The notes beneath the pieces were generated by a model. It ran no database searches. It was given only the letters and a program-made list of their open reading frames with translations, and had not been told where the DNA came from. Source: Candidatus Moraniibacteriota bacterium (GTDB lineage: Bacteria; Patescibacteriota; Minisyncoccia; Moranbacterales; UBA1568). Taken from it: a stretch of 64,000 nucleotides of DNA. The translations under genes were made by a program, and so were the position numbers. The stretch spans positions 95,493-159,492 of the forward strand of contig JBAQEZ010000003.1 of the NCBI GenBank assembly GCA_049287005.1, in the 5' to 3' direction. Shown here piece by piece: positions 1 to 9,463 of the stretch. The stretch's first letter is position 1. Each line of letters opens with the position of its first letter.

Positions 1-1078
1 CGTTCGATCGTTTTTGATCTTTTCGTTGTATTCCTTGAAGTGTCTTTTTAATTCCTCTAGCACTTTCGGATCATAAATTATGCTCATCAGAGGTAATGAA
101 ATTTGGTTTAATCGCGGCTCGATGTCGGGGTTGCTGAGTTCCGGTCGTAATTTGTGTTTACCCTTCTCTTTGAAACGGAACATGAGGAGTTTGTTCCTGA
201 GTAACAACGCCTCTCTTTTGAAATCATCGGAGATGTTGGTCGCAATATCCTCTCGCTTGGTTATCAGACTCATGTCCTCGGTTATCATTCGGCTTTCAAG
301 AGCAGGATCTTTGTAGAGTTCCCGTGTCGCAATCAACTTCGGACCGAATACATTGAATGATTTCGCATCATAGCTTTTTTTGTTGTTCGCCTCGCTCCTG
401 AGAACAGGAACATCCTTCATGAATCCCATATTGAGGATTTTCACGATGTCCGCTGTTGTCGTAGACATCTCGAAATCCGCCTCATCCAGCGTGAGCGTTC
501 CCCTGAAGTCTTCCAGTATCCTAAATATGGGTGATATTGTCGTTGCTCCAGCGGTAAAAATCGGCCGATAGCAGACCGAGCCTATAACCTGCAGAAACCG
601 TGATTTTCCTGTACCGTAATCACCGAGAGCACGCAGATACGGAAGCTCGTTGAAGTCGTCATGTATCCAGGTGAACATGGCGTAGTAGCTCGCCACATCC
701 TCGAAGAAAGGAGAAACAGCAAGATACTTCCGCATGAAAGCCTTTATCTGCTTGGCGAGGTCTTCGCGTGAAACATATTCGCCGACTGCCGATGGGAACA
801 ACACGACTCTGTTTCGAAGTAGGTTCTTATTCGGCGAATGAGGAATATATGTTATCCCGTTGTGCTCAAACATCTTCTCGATCTTTACTTCTCCGCTTGA
901 ACAGACTGCAAAGCTCGTCTCGGATTTTTCGGCATCGTAAAGCATTTCAACTAATGTCCCGTCGTTTAGAGCCAAAAAAGCAATCTCAGTCGGCTTCGGG
1001 GAGGTGCTTTTTTCTGGTGTGTCTTTTTTCTCCAATTCCTTTTTTAATGTTTCTAATTTGATGTGTTCTCTGGATTCC
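1..1078 (-). CDS. P-loop NTPase (Walker A GDYGTGKSRFLQ), putative replication ATPase/helicase of mobile element; partial, 3' end beyond window start
   Basis: Manual reverse-complement translation from ATG at 1078 gives an uninterrupted >350-aa frame down to position 1 (MESREHIKLETLKK...GDYGTGKSRFLQVIGSV...). It is absent from the ORF track because no stop lies inside the window. It starts 5 nt downstream of the zinc-finger gene stop. Confidence 0.6.
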
Positions 1079-1083
1079 ATAGG

Positions 1084-1698
1084 TTAAATGAGCATCTTTA
1101 CTGCCTCAGTGAACCTGACTCCGTAAAGATGCATGGTAAAAGTTATTACGTCGCCTCCCTCATGACATCCGAAGCAGTGAAATGTATTGCTATCGGTGAA
1201 GAAATAACATGAAGGAGTCTTTTCGTTGTGGAACGGGCAAAGGGCTACGAAGTTCTTTCCCGAAGCCTTCAGTTCAAGTTTGTCTCGAGCGAGATCGCAA
1301 ATCGGACGAACCCTGGCAGCCGCAATGAGTTCCTGCATGTCTATCCATCGTCGAGAATTACTTTCTTTTGGACTGCTTATAATTGCAAGCTGTCTTTTGA
1401 GACGAAAGAGATGATTTTCGGCGGTGATTAACTTCGGTATGCTTAGTTTTTCGATAAAGACCTCGTAGATGTCGTGATCTTTTTCGGGTATAGAGGCGAG
1501 TTGTTCCTGTATTTGCGCTTTCAGGCAGTCACACCTCTCTTGCTGCTCGTTGATCTTTTCCTGTAGCGTTTCCTTGTCTATTGGAAACACTTCGAGAAGC
1601 TCTCGATCGTTCAGTTTCGGCAATGATTTTCTCCACTCCCTCTCCCAATCAAGCGAAGCGAAAAAGAGTTCTTCATCATCCGAAAAGTCTTGTTTCAT
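1084..1698 (-). CDS. DnaG-type CHC2 zinc-finger domain protein (primase zinc finger located at the C-terminus)
   Basis: The C-terminal CPFHNEKTPSCYF...FHCFGCHEGGDVITF matches the canonical DnaG CHC2 zinc-finger consensus. The N-terminal 150 aa are charged/coiled-coil-like. Confidence 0.75.
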   Translation of the reverse strand: MKQDFSDDEELFFASLDWEREWRKSLPKLNDRELLEVFPIDKETLQEKINEQQERCDCLKAQIQEQLASIPEKDHDIYEVFIEKLSIPKLITAENHLFRLKRQLAIISSPKESNSRRWIDMQELIAAARVRPICDLARDKLELKASGKNFVALCPFHNEKTPSCYFFTDSNTFHCFGCHEGGDVITFTMHLYGVRFTEAVKMLI

Positions 1699-1828
1699 AT
1701 TTGAATGCGCATAATAGCTTACGCTTCATATAATGACTCTTCGATTAGTCGGATGAGTAAATAAAAAACCGCTTGTTAGAGCGGTTATTATCGTTCGACC
1801 AATATTTTATTCGATTAATATTCGAATG

Positions 1829-2716
1829 CTAGATAGTTTTATCGATATATAGTGATCGGTATTGTGATGGAATATTTTTTACCAACTCAACCTTTACAGG
1901 GATTTCGTTTTTTAATACGAGAATATTCTCCTGCTTCGATTTTTGTATCAAAGTAGGTTTTCTCAAGCCGTTGGTTTTCATGTATTCTTTTAGGCGACTT
2001 CTTTTGAATAATCCATTATTAATACAGTCCTGTAGATTTTTATCGAAATCAACTCTCGTTCCAGGTGCATTCACTATATAGGCGATAGAGTGGAGTTTTT
2101 TTATATAAGTATCCTCACCCTTGGCATTTTTGACTTCAAAGCGTATGGGTGATTCGTATCTTCCATCATACACAAGAAATATCACGTCGTTTGGTTGTAG
2201 CGTTTCAGCAACCAGACTTAAAGACTTCAATTCCTTCTCTTGGGTGCTTGTTTTGGTTTTAGGAATCATATCCATCCGAGCATCAACAAGGTGCTTTAAA
2301 AACAGAAAGTCAGCGGCTTCCGAATTGAATTTAATCGCGAGTTCGTAATCGCCGTAATATGTGACAGATTTCAGTATCCCAAAATATTCATGAAACATTC
2401 CAAGCGCATTCATAATATCTTCCCTACTGATACTCTCGGGGAAAGCATGAAATGGGAGGTTAAACCATAATCCATGCGGATACCGCCTAAGCTCATCTTG
2501 TCGCGACTTTGTATCGAGTGTGCTAATTTCTTTCCCGGCCCTGTCCGCAAGCACCTGCATGACCTTGAAAAGTTTTTCAATCTGACTATCTGGCAAACCT
2601 GAAAATAAATGCTGAATACTATCAGGTAATCGTGGATATTCCGGATTCTTCCATGAAGAAGATAGTGGCGCTATGGCTGGATCATTCTCTTTGGATTCGA
2701 CAGTGAGGGGTGTCAT
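1829..2716 (-). CDS. hypothetical protein (island 1)
   Basis: 295-aa ORF in an AT-rich island with no recognisable motifs; divergent from the 3000..3410 gene. Confidence 0.5.
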   Translation of the reverse strand: MTPLTVESKENDPAIAPLSSSWKNPEYPRLPDSIQHLFSGLPDSQIEKLFKVMQVLADRAGKEISTLDTKSRQDELRRYPHGLWFNLPFHAFPESISREDIMNALGMFHEYFGILKSVTYYGDYELAIKFNSEAADFLFLKHLVDARMDMIPKTKTSTQEKELKSLSLVAETLQPNDVIFLVYDGRYESPIRFEVKNAKGEDTYIKKLHSIAYIVNAPGTRVDFDKNLQDCINNGLFKRSRLKEYMKTNGLRKPTLIQKSKQENILVLKNEIPVKVELVKNIPSQYRSLYIDKTI

Positions 2717-2942
2717 TTGATTTTTTTAGTTGTTTATCTTGATATTCCCGCATATTGTACAGAAAAGCAAGTTGCCTTTTGCTTTATTTGAGTGTACTTT
2801 ATATATGAACCCACAATTGAAAAATACTGAGGTAAAGCCTTTGAGGTTTTGTCCTATCACGCTTTTTAGCGGGCGGCTCGGCGCACATGATAGGACACCT
2901 CGGTGCTTCTCGATTGTGGGTTCCGTCGGGTCGTCCACTCAA

Positions 2943-2965
2943 GTGAACATGTGAACGTAGTGAAC
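2943..2965. repeat. three tandem GTGAAC hexamers (iteron-like) in a divergent intergenic region
   Basis: caaGTGAACatGTGAACgtaGTGAACttc read directly; it lies next to a local GC-rich patch (2866-2940) inside the AT-rich island. Confidence 0.4.
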
Positions 2966-2999
2966 TTCTCGGCGACTTAAATTCATTTAGGTCGCTTTT

Positions 3000-3410
3000 A
3001 TGTTTGATAAAAAGGTAGACTACAATGCTTTAAACGCTCGACAGAAAGAGATTTACAACTTTCAAAAGGCTTCTGCTATTTTTGCTGAATTTGGATATAC
3101 GACCGTTAAGCTCTCTGATGATTGGATGGGGGCTGATTTTATCGCGATCAGTTTCGACGGATCGCAGTATCTCAGGGTTCAATTGAAGGGTCGTTTAACT
3201 TTCGATAAGAAATATCAAGGGAAGGGTATATACATTTGTTTCTATGATAAGAAAAGTGAGTGCTGGTACCTATATAATCATGATGAAATTTTGAAAAAAG
3301 TCATTAAATCAATTGAGAATAGTGATACATGGAATACAAACAAGCCGTATCACTATAAGTATCTCCAGTCAGAACACATGGAAATGTTAAGTTCGTGCAA
3401 AATTGGCTGA
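3000..3410 (+). CDS. hypothetical protein
   Basis: 136-aa ORF; a possible D...QxK nuclease-like motif (DFIAISFD...LRVQLKG) is weak. Confidence 0.45.
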   Translation: MFDKKVDYNALNARQKEIYNFQKASAIFAEFGYTTVKLSDDWMGADFIAISFDGSQYLRVQLKGRLTFDKKYQGKGIYICFYDKKSECWYLYNHDEILKKVIKSIENSDTWNTNKPYHYKYLQSEHMEMLSSCKIG

Positions 3411-3481
3411 AATTGTACTTTTTTGAGATTACGTCATATTTTGAGATTCGTTGGCATGTTCAAAATTTGTACACAGTAATT

Positions 3482-4066
3482 ATGAGAAAATATCTGAGGA
3501 GGTTGCAAAAGAAGATAAGGGGCATGGATACCGATGCTAAGTATGTCGCTGGGGCATACTTATTTGTTTTTATGTTCGTCGGTACAGCGGGTGTGCTCGC
3601 AGCATCTGGGTGGCATCCTGAGATAGCACCTTCGACACGAGTACGACCAGCGATGATGGAAAAAATTATACCTGCGGAAACAAAGTCGCTCTTCGATGAG
3701 AAGGAAGATGTTGTCGAGAAGCAATCCGTTTCAACTAAGAAGGCTATTCAGCCGATTGAACCGAGTAATGTTACGGATGTTACCTTGAAGACAGATCAGA
3801 AAAAAGCAGACCAAATAAAGACAGATGAATTGAAGAAGCAGCTTAAGATAGCCAAGGAAATTGAGAGGCAAGCGAAAGAGAGCTTCGATGAACTCAAGAA
3901 GACATTGAGCACACCGATTGCTCCTCCGCCAGCTATTAAGCCGTTCCCTGTTGCAAAAGCGCCAGAGCCAATAAAGGTGGATCTGCCGACAACCCATTAC
4001 ACGACAACTTGTTGGGATGATTTTCTTTTGGGCAAACAATGCAAGACAACGATGAGCGTTTATTGA
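3482..4066 (+). CDS. membrane-anchored charged/coiled-coil protein, hypothetical
   Basis: The ORF track frame 3395..4066 contains an N-terminal hydrophobic anchor (YVAGAYLFVFMFVGTAGVLAASG) followed by a K/E-rich region. The likely start is ATG 3482 or 3524 (the latter preceded by AAGGGG). Confidence 0.5.
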   Translation: MRKYLRRLQKKIRGMDTDAKYVAGAYLFVFMFVGTAGVLAASGWHPEIAPSTRVRPAMMEKIIPAETKSLFDEKEDVVEKQSVSTKKAIQPIEPSNVTDVTLKTDQKKADQIKTDELKKQLKIAKEIERQAKESFDELKKTLSTPIAPPPAIKPFPVAKAPEPIKVDLPTTHYTTTCWDDFLLGKQCKTTMSVY

Positions 4067-4120
4067 TGAAATGCTTTATTTAAAACAAAATTAGTGTTTA
4101 GACTCAATTTTCTTTACGCC

Positions 4121-4150
4121 AAACCCTCTCATCTAGAGGGTTTTTTGTTT
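4121..4150 (+). terminator. rho-independent terminator
   Basis: aaaCCCTCTcatcTAGAGGGttttttg: a GC hairpin plus T-run downstream of the 4066 stop. Confidence 0.6.
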
Positions 4151-4171
4151 CTACATAATAAAGTGCCTGCA

Positions 4172-4315
4172 ATAAAAGGCTTTATCTGAAACAAAGATAG
4201 GTGTTTGCTCATACTTTTTCAATTTAGATGTCTGCTTATTGTGTAGAGACAGATTTTCTAATCAATGTATCAAAAAAGGCTTTAAATAAAGCAAATCTAT
4301 GTGTTTGCTCAAATA
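4172..4315 (+). repeat. two short copies (A 4172-4215, B 4272-4315) of the island repeat family: hairpin aaaaGGCTTTAaaTAAAGC plus ATGTGTTTGCTCA
   Basis: Direct sequence comparison; copy B is followed by a sigma70-like promoter TTGCTC-16nt-TATAAT (4305-4332). Confidence 0.6.
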
Positions 4316-4409
4316 TTTTTAAAAAGTATAATTTCAAGTGATTGATCTTTTATGCTATTGCAAGAGCCTTTCTTTTATCCCTTGGACTCACAAAACACCC
4401 CCAGTCACA

Positions 4410-4557
4410 CAGAAAGATAAAAAACATAAAGATATATGGCCGGTATGTCGAAGTGTGCTCTAGGGATGAAATGGGCTTCGGAGCCATGTTAATAATAATG
4501 TATAAACAAAAAAAGGTTTTAAATAAAGCCAATTGATATGTTTGCTTAACTTTTTAG
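4410..4557 (+). repeat. long copy C (~150 bp) of the island repeat family
   Basis: About 75% identical to 5961-6105 (cagaaaNNaaaaNcataaagatatatNgccNgta...gggatgaaat...aaaGGTTTTAaaTAAAGCCaattgatatgtttgcttaa). Confidence 0.65.
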
Positions 4558-4590
4558 ATAAAAACAAGACCGCCTTTCAGCGGTCTTGTA
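4553..4590 (-). terminator. rho-independent terminator for the XRE-ImmA operon (minus strand)
   Basis: ACAAGACCGCctttcaGCGGTCTTGT is a 10-bp stem. On the minus strand it is followed by TTTTTATCT. Confidence 0.5.
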
Positions 4591-4899
4591 ATGGAAGTGT
4601 CTTGCTATTTTCGGAGCCGTTCACATTCCTTGCAGAGAGGTTTTCCGCCATTGCCCTGACGGAGATTCTCTCGCTCGATGTTGTTCCCGGTGTTACATTC
4701 CGTATTATCATGATGTACGGACTGTTTCACTGAGTGCCACGGTGATTTACGCATATGCGTGATGTGTGGGGTTGATTAGGTGGGCGTCAGCATGATACAT
4801 TTGATATGCAATATTTTTGTATTAGCTGGCTTTTAAGAGAACGACGCCGAGTTCTTTAAGAGAGAACTCCTCAAATTTAAACGCCCAAAGAAACCGCTA

Positions 4900-5448
4900 T
4901 TACTGGCGGCTTTTTTTGACCCTCAAATCTTTCTCTATACCAAGTTCGTTCAGACGATAGCCTAAAGCTTCTCCAGAAACTTTGAAAATGGAAGTCATTC
5001 GGACTTTCCGCAGATCAATGTCTAAATTGCTGAAAGCCTCCCACTTTTCTTTAAAGACTTCTCTGGGCATAAGGAATGCTGCTGCGAATCGGTTACAGAA
5101 CCGCTCCTCCTCGTTCATTGTGTATAGATTTCCATCGAAAAAGCCGAATGCAATCCCAGAGTTACGGATGACATGACCAACTTCATGACAGAGCGTGAAA
5201 TTCTGCCTTCGCGGATAGTCGGACTCTTTGATCCAAATTCTGTACTCGTCAGTAGCGGGATCGTAATATGTGAGACCAGAGATTTTCACAAAATGTTCTC
5301 CATCACCATGTCCAATCCAGATTTTTATCCCGAATTGATCTTCAACCCATTTGACCAATTCATGTATGGATGGCATAGGAGAGCCAATACTGTGAAAGAT
5401 GGCATTTGCTGTTCTTTCTGCCTCGATGTTTATTTTTGGGTAATTCAT
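4900..5448 (-). CDS. ImmA/IrrE-family zinc metallopeptidase
   Basis: HEVGHVI (HExxH) motif; 182 aa; immediately downstream of, and co-oriented with, the XRE repressor gene, the classic prophage/ICE immunity pair. Confidence 0.8.
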   Translation of the reverse strand: MNYPKINIEAERTANAIFHSIGSPMPSIHELVKWVEDQFGIKIWIGHGDGEHFVKISGLTYYDPATDEYRIWIKESDYPRRQNFTLCHEVGHVIRNSGIAFGFFDGNLYTMNEEERFCNRFAAAFLMPREVFKEKWEAFSNLDIDLRKVRMTSIFKVSGEALGYRLNELGIEKDLRVKKSRQ

Positions 5449-5452
5449 GATG

Positions 5453-5833
5453 TTACTTTTTGAGGTGATCGATGAGGTTCTCTATGATGCGGACAGCCTC
5501 CTTATTATCCATGCCATATTGCTGTCTGAGATAGACGCTTAAGGATGGAGTTGAGGGTTGGTCGCTTATAACCTTGAGAAGGCCTAAAATCTCTTTGACT
5601 TTGACGCTGAACCCGTCAGCTAGTTTGATAAGCGTATCAAGAGAGATATTTTTTTCATCAAACTCCCCATTTTCTATCTTTGAAATGAAACTCTTGGAGA
5701 GGGAGGCTCTCTCGGCTAATTCGTCCAGTGTGAAGCCCCTGTTTTTTCGGAGTTCTGATACGATTTCGCTCAATATCATATGTAGTTTATTTAAGTACAA
5801 TGAGAGTCTATCATAGGAAACTTTTTTGTGCAA
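5453..5833 (-). CDS. XRE-family helix-turn-helix transcriptional regulator
   Basis: HTH FTLDELAERASLSKSFISKIENGE; an alternative start at Met19 (5779) is more typical. Confidence 0.8.
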   Translation of the reverse strand: MHKKVSYDRLSLYLNKLHMILSEIVSELRKNRGFTLDELAERASLSKSFISKIENGEFDEKNISLDTLIKLADGFSVKVKEILGLLKVISDQPSTPSLSVYLRQQYGMDNKEAVRIIENLIDHLKK

Positions 5834-5960
5834 GGGGCGGTGAGCAAGGTACTCATTGAAGGAAAAAACTTCGGCTCTAACTGCACCCGCCCAAATATTT
5901 TTTTAGAGAGTGTTTTTGAATGATTTCATTCCTCGGATTCACAGAATACTCTCAGTTATA

Positions 5961-6105
5961 CAGAAATCCAAAAAGCATAAAGATATATAGCCAGTACGCC
6001 GAGGTGTCCTCTGGGGATGAAATATGGATTTGTAAGCTTGTCGTGTAATAACTCACAAACAAAAGGCTTCATTTGAAGCCAATTCATATGTTTGCTTAAT
6101 TATTT
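5961..6105 (+). repeat. long copy D of the island repeat family, in the divergent XRE / DUF4238-gene regulatory region
   Basis: See copy C. The hairpin here is GCTTCAttTGAAGC, versus GCTTTAaaTAAAGC in copies A and B: compensatory changes that preserve the palindrome. Confidence 0.65.
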
Positions 6106-6187
6106 TTCATTTGATTGCGGTCGGCGATTTTTTTGTGAATTGCGTATATACTGAAAGTGTTTCTTTTTCAGGCTTTCACCAAAAATT

Positions 6188-8659
6188 ATGTCCATAACAC
6201 ATCGTAATCATTATGTCCCTGAATGGTATCAAAAACGTTTTATATTACCAGGACAAAACAAACTACATTATTTGGATCTTTGCCCAGATAAAAAAATACT
6301 TGCTGATGGAAGAATTGTAACAATGAATTCTCATTTCTTCTGGGCGCCAAGTCAGTGCTTTTACAAAGAAGATTTGTATACGACATCCCTTTTTGGAAAT
6401 GAAAATGATGAAATCGAGAAATATCTTTTTGGGAGTATAGATATAACTGGAGCTAAGGCACTCCGTGCCATTGTAAGTAATGATATACAAAAACTCCACG
6501 ATTCGTTTAGTAGCTTTTTTGAATATTTAGATGCTCAGAAATTGAGAACTCCAAAGGGATTGGGTTGGATAAATGTTAATTATCCCAGGCTTACTCAGCT
6601 TCAATTGATGCTTGAGATGCAACAAATCAGACAACTGCACTGCACTATGTGGGTTGAGGCGGTGCGCGAAATAGTTTCTGCTGAAGATTCAGAGATTAAA
6701 TTTATAATTACTGATCATCCTGTTACTATTTATAATCCCGGATGCTCTCCAGGCACAAAATATTGCACATATCCAAATGAACCGTCTATAGCCCTAAAAG
6801 GAACACAGACCGTTTTCCCGCTGGATCTAAACCATTGTTTGATTTTAACCAATCTAGAATATGCGCAGGAGCCATTTTTAAAAGATTTACTTTCTAATAG
6901 GACAAATGCGCGGAATTTTGGACAAACAACTTCTCGTATTGATAATTGGATTAGAACCAGAAAGCTCAAGGATTTAGAGGTTAAAAAAATCAATTATATC
7001 TTAAAGTCACGAGCATCTAAGCATATCGCTGCTTCCAAGAAAGAGTGGCTTTATCCTGAAAAGGATATTAAAGAAACTTGGCAAAAAATAGGGCAAGTAC
7101 TTTTACCTCCAAAAAATGAGTTACACCATTTTGGAGGTGAGATGTACATGGGATACAAAGACGGAACAGTTCATTATCAGGATGCATTTGGGCGTACTAC
7201 TGGAGATACGTCGTATTTAAAAAAGCCAATCCCGAAAGGTAAAATTGGTAATAATGACCCGTGCGTTTGTGGAAGCGGAAGGAAATATAAAAAATGTTGT
7301 TTAGGAAAGAAGCCTGAAGATATGCCGGATACTACCGAGTACAGTATTCGAGAAAGAAATATTATATTCTCAAAAATTCTAGAAGACATACTGGGTCTAT
7401 CTAAAGGAAAAACCTGGGAAGATGTTCGAAAAGAATTAAGTGATGAGCAAGTAAAAAAAATCTACGAAGCTTTTCAGGGTTTATGGCCTAAAGATACAAA
7501 TATTATTAATTTATTGCCACACCCAGATGAAAGAATATCGAGAGCGCTGTATGCTGGTTTAATAGATCCTAGAACTGCAGCGAGAGATATAATCAGCTAT
7601 ACGCCCTATTTCGACGAAATTCTGGTCATAAATCCCTTTATGAATCCCGCCTATATAAGCCCGGAGTACAATCCGATAAATTTTCCGGGTCAATATAAAC
7701 AAGAGGTGTTAAAAAATGTTTTATTTTTCTTACAGCTGATGCCTTTTATAGAAATAGGCGCTGTGAATATAATTCCTGATCCCTGTTCTACTAATTATCG
7801 ATTACAAAGACAGATCTGGGATTTGGCGGAGTCACGTCATAAAAGATATAAATTAGAAGGATTTGACTTTGACCTCGAATCTGACGAGTCAATAAAAAAA
7901 ATATTTGAAGATGATTTTAAAAGGGGGATGACTGGTTTTTCTGACGAACATCTAATACAAAGCATAAAAAAAAGATTGCCAAAGCTACCTGATAGAGAAT
8001 TAGGAGAATTATTGGATTATATAAAAAAAGAGCGATTGAAAGACCCCTTGGCATTACTTCAGCCCATGGAAGACAATGAAAAAAGTGGACAGATGACTGC
8101 TACTCATGTAACCCCAAATCTTGAGCTTGGTTTCTTTATTGCGCAGCTTACGGGCTCGTTTATTTATACAGATAGTAAAGTGAGATGGCAAGAAATAACA
8201 AGATCAACTAAAGCCAGTGAGGATGAGAATAAAATGCCTTGGGAGTTTTTAGCAAAAACAATTAATGATATTGATTTCAATCTTGAAATTGACCCTTTAT
8301 TTAATTTTAAAATAAGAAAAACTGGGAAATTAGGATTAATAAGGGGTGCTGTAAGAAGATTGTGCACTACAATAAAAAATGAGCAAGATGCTCCTAAAAT
8401 TAAAATTTTAAACAAATCCTTATCTGACGAAATTATATTAGCGCACCAGAAGTCAGAAAAAGAGTTAGAAGCAATCAGGAAAGACAATGAGAAGCAGAAG
8501 GATGAAATTAGCTTTACATTTAAAAGTAAGATGACCTGTTTGATTTCTGTGGATGACTTTTTTTCATTAATACCAGTTCAAAGACTTGTTTTATCGTATG
8601 GGGCGAAACCTCAAAAAATAGTGCCAATAGCTGTATTCATTGAACATAATGATTGCTAG
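6188..8659 (+). CDS. large DUF4238-like protein with SEC-C metal-binding motif and ~450-aa C-terminal extension (candidate phage-defence/abortive-infection protein)
   Basis: N-terminus HRNHYVPEWYQKRFILPG resembles the DUF4238 start (HYVPxFYLxxF; family recall from memory). CVCGSGRKYKKCC matches the SEC-C motif exactly. 823 aa, inside an AT-rich island next to the ImmA/XRE pair. Confidence 0.55.
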   Translation: MSITHRNHYVPEWYQKRFILPGQNKLHYLDLCPDKKILADGRIVTMNSHFFWAPSQCFYKEDLYTTSLFGNENDEIEKYLFGSIDITGAKALRAIVSNDIQKLHDSFSSFFEYLDAQKLRTPKGLGWINVNYPRLTQLQLMLEMQQIRQLHCTMWVEAVREIVSAEDSEIKFIITDHPVTIYNPGCSPGTKYCTYPNEPSIALKGTQTVFPLDLNHCLILTNLEYAQEPFLKDLLSNRTNARNFGQTTSRIDNWIRTRKLKDLEVKKINYILKSRASKHIAASKKEWLYPEKDIKETWQKIGQVLLPPKNELHHFGGEMYMGYKDGTVHYQDAFGRTTGDTSYLKKPIPKGKIGNNDPCVCGSGRKYKKCCLGKKPEDMPDTTEYSIRERNIIFSKILEDILGLSKGKTWEDVRKELSDEQVKKIYEAFQGLWPKDTNIINLLPHPDERISRALYAGLIDPRTAARDIISYTPYFDEILVINPFMNPAYISPEYNPINFPGQYKQEVLKNVLFFLQLMPFIEIGAVNIIPDPCSTNYRLQRQIWDLAESRHKRYKLEGFDFDLESDESIKKIFEDDFKRGMTGFSDEHLIQSIKKRLPKLPDRELGELLDYIKKERLKDPLALLQPMEDNEKSGQMTATHVTPNLELGFFIAQLTGSFIYTDSKVRWQEITRSTKASEDENKMPWEFLAKTINDIDFNLEIDPLFNFKIRKTGKLGLIRGAVRRLCTTIKNEQDAPKIKILNKSLSDEIILAHQKSEKELEAIRKDNEKQKDEISFTFKSKMTCLISVDDFFSLIPVQRLVLSYGAKPQKIVPIAVFIEHNDC

Positions 8660-8749
8660 TTTGTAAAAATTCAGCTCTAACTGCATGATTATCCGTTCAA
8701 AAGAACTAATGGATTGTTAAAAAATATTAAACTGATATACACTTCATAA

Positions 8750-9463
8750 GTGAGATCCATAAAAGACGGGCTATACAATTACTTATCCCAACACAGCACG
8801 AGACGATTTAAAATACTCGTGGTATTTTTGTTTTTCTCCCTGGTTGGATTAATTACATTATTTGCTAATAAGGTATTTTCTGACCAAAATTTATACTATT
8901 ATACCTTTAGTACTATAGTCCAGGGGTTTCTAGCATTGGTTGCATTCCTTGGGGCAGTGGTCATTTATAAATTGCAGATTATTGAGTCTGATTTGGAAAA
9001 AATATCTAATAATCTATACTTCTTTATAAAAGTCTTCCCTCCATTCTCTGAATCAGTTGAAGGTGTTCATTCTTGGGCCGAAATTATGAATGAGGGGGGA
9101 AGAATCATAAATACACCCGAGAATAAAACAGGTATGTACTCTGATTCTATACAGAGAGCTGAGATTTATTGGAATAAACTGCGCAAATTGTCTAGTGATC
9201 GAGGAGATATTAGAACGAAAATGGTTGATTTTAGCTTATTCTCATTTCTGAATGTGGGGTTTTCTCTAATTTCAATGCCTATTACGAGACTATTTGTAGA
9301 GCAAAAGTTGTTTTATTTTGGAGAGGTTTTTATTATTATTGGTATTTTAATTAGCTGTTTTTCTCTTTTTCTAGCATTTGGGATTATCCGTGCCGTTTTG
9401 GGGTACTCTTTTTCAGCTAAGTTTGAGGCCGCCGCTTTTAAGCTAAACGCTAGAATCCATTAA
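8750..9463 (+). CDS. polytopic membrane protein, hypothetical (possible partner of DUF4238 protein)
   Basis: GTG start directly after an in-frame stop; at least 5 hydrophobic helices. Confidence 0.5.
   Translation: MRSIKDGLYNYLSQHSTRRFKILVVFLFFSLVGLITLFANKVFSDQNLYYYTFSTIVQGFLALVAFLGAVVIYKLQIIESDLEKISNNLYFFIKVFPPFSESVEGVHSWAEIMNEGGRIINTPENKTGMYSDSIQRAEIYWNKLRKLSSDRGDIRTKMVDFSLFSFLNVGFSLISMPITRLFVEQKLFYFGEVFIIIGILISCFSLFLAFGIIRAVLGYSFSAKFEAAAFKLNARIH

Noticed and set aside
2866-2940. GC-rich patch as a tRNA gene or pseudogene
   Set aside because: GGGTTCCGTCGGGTCGTCCA is vaguely T-arm/acceptor-like, but no cloverleaf can be drawn on either strand.
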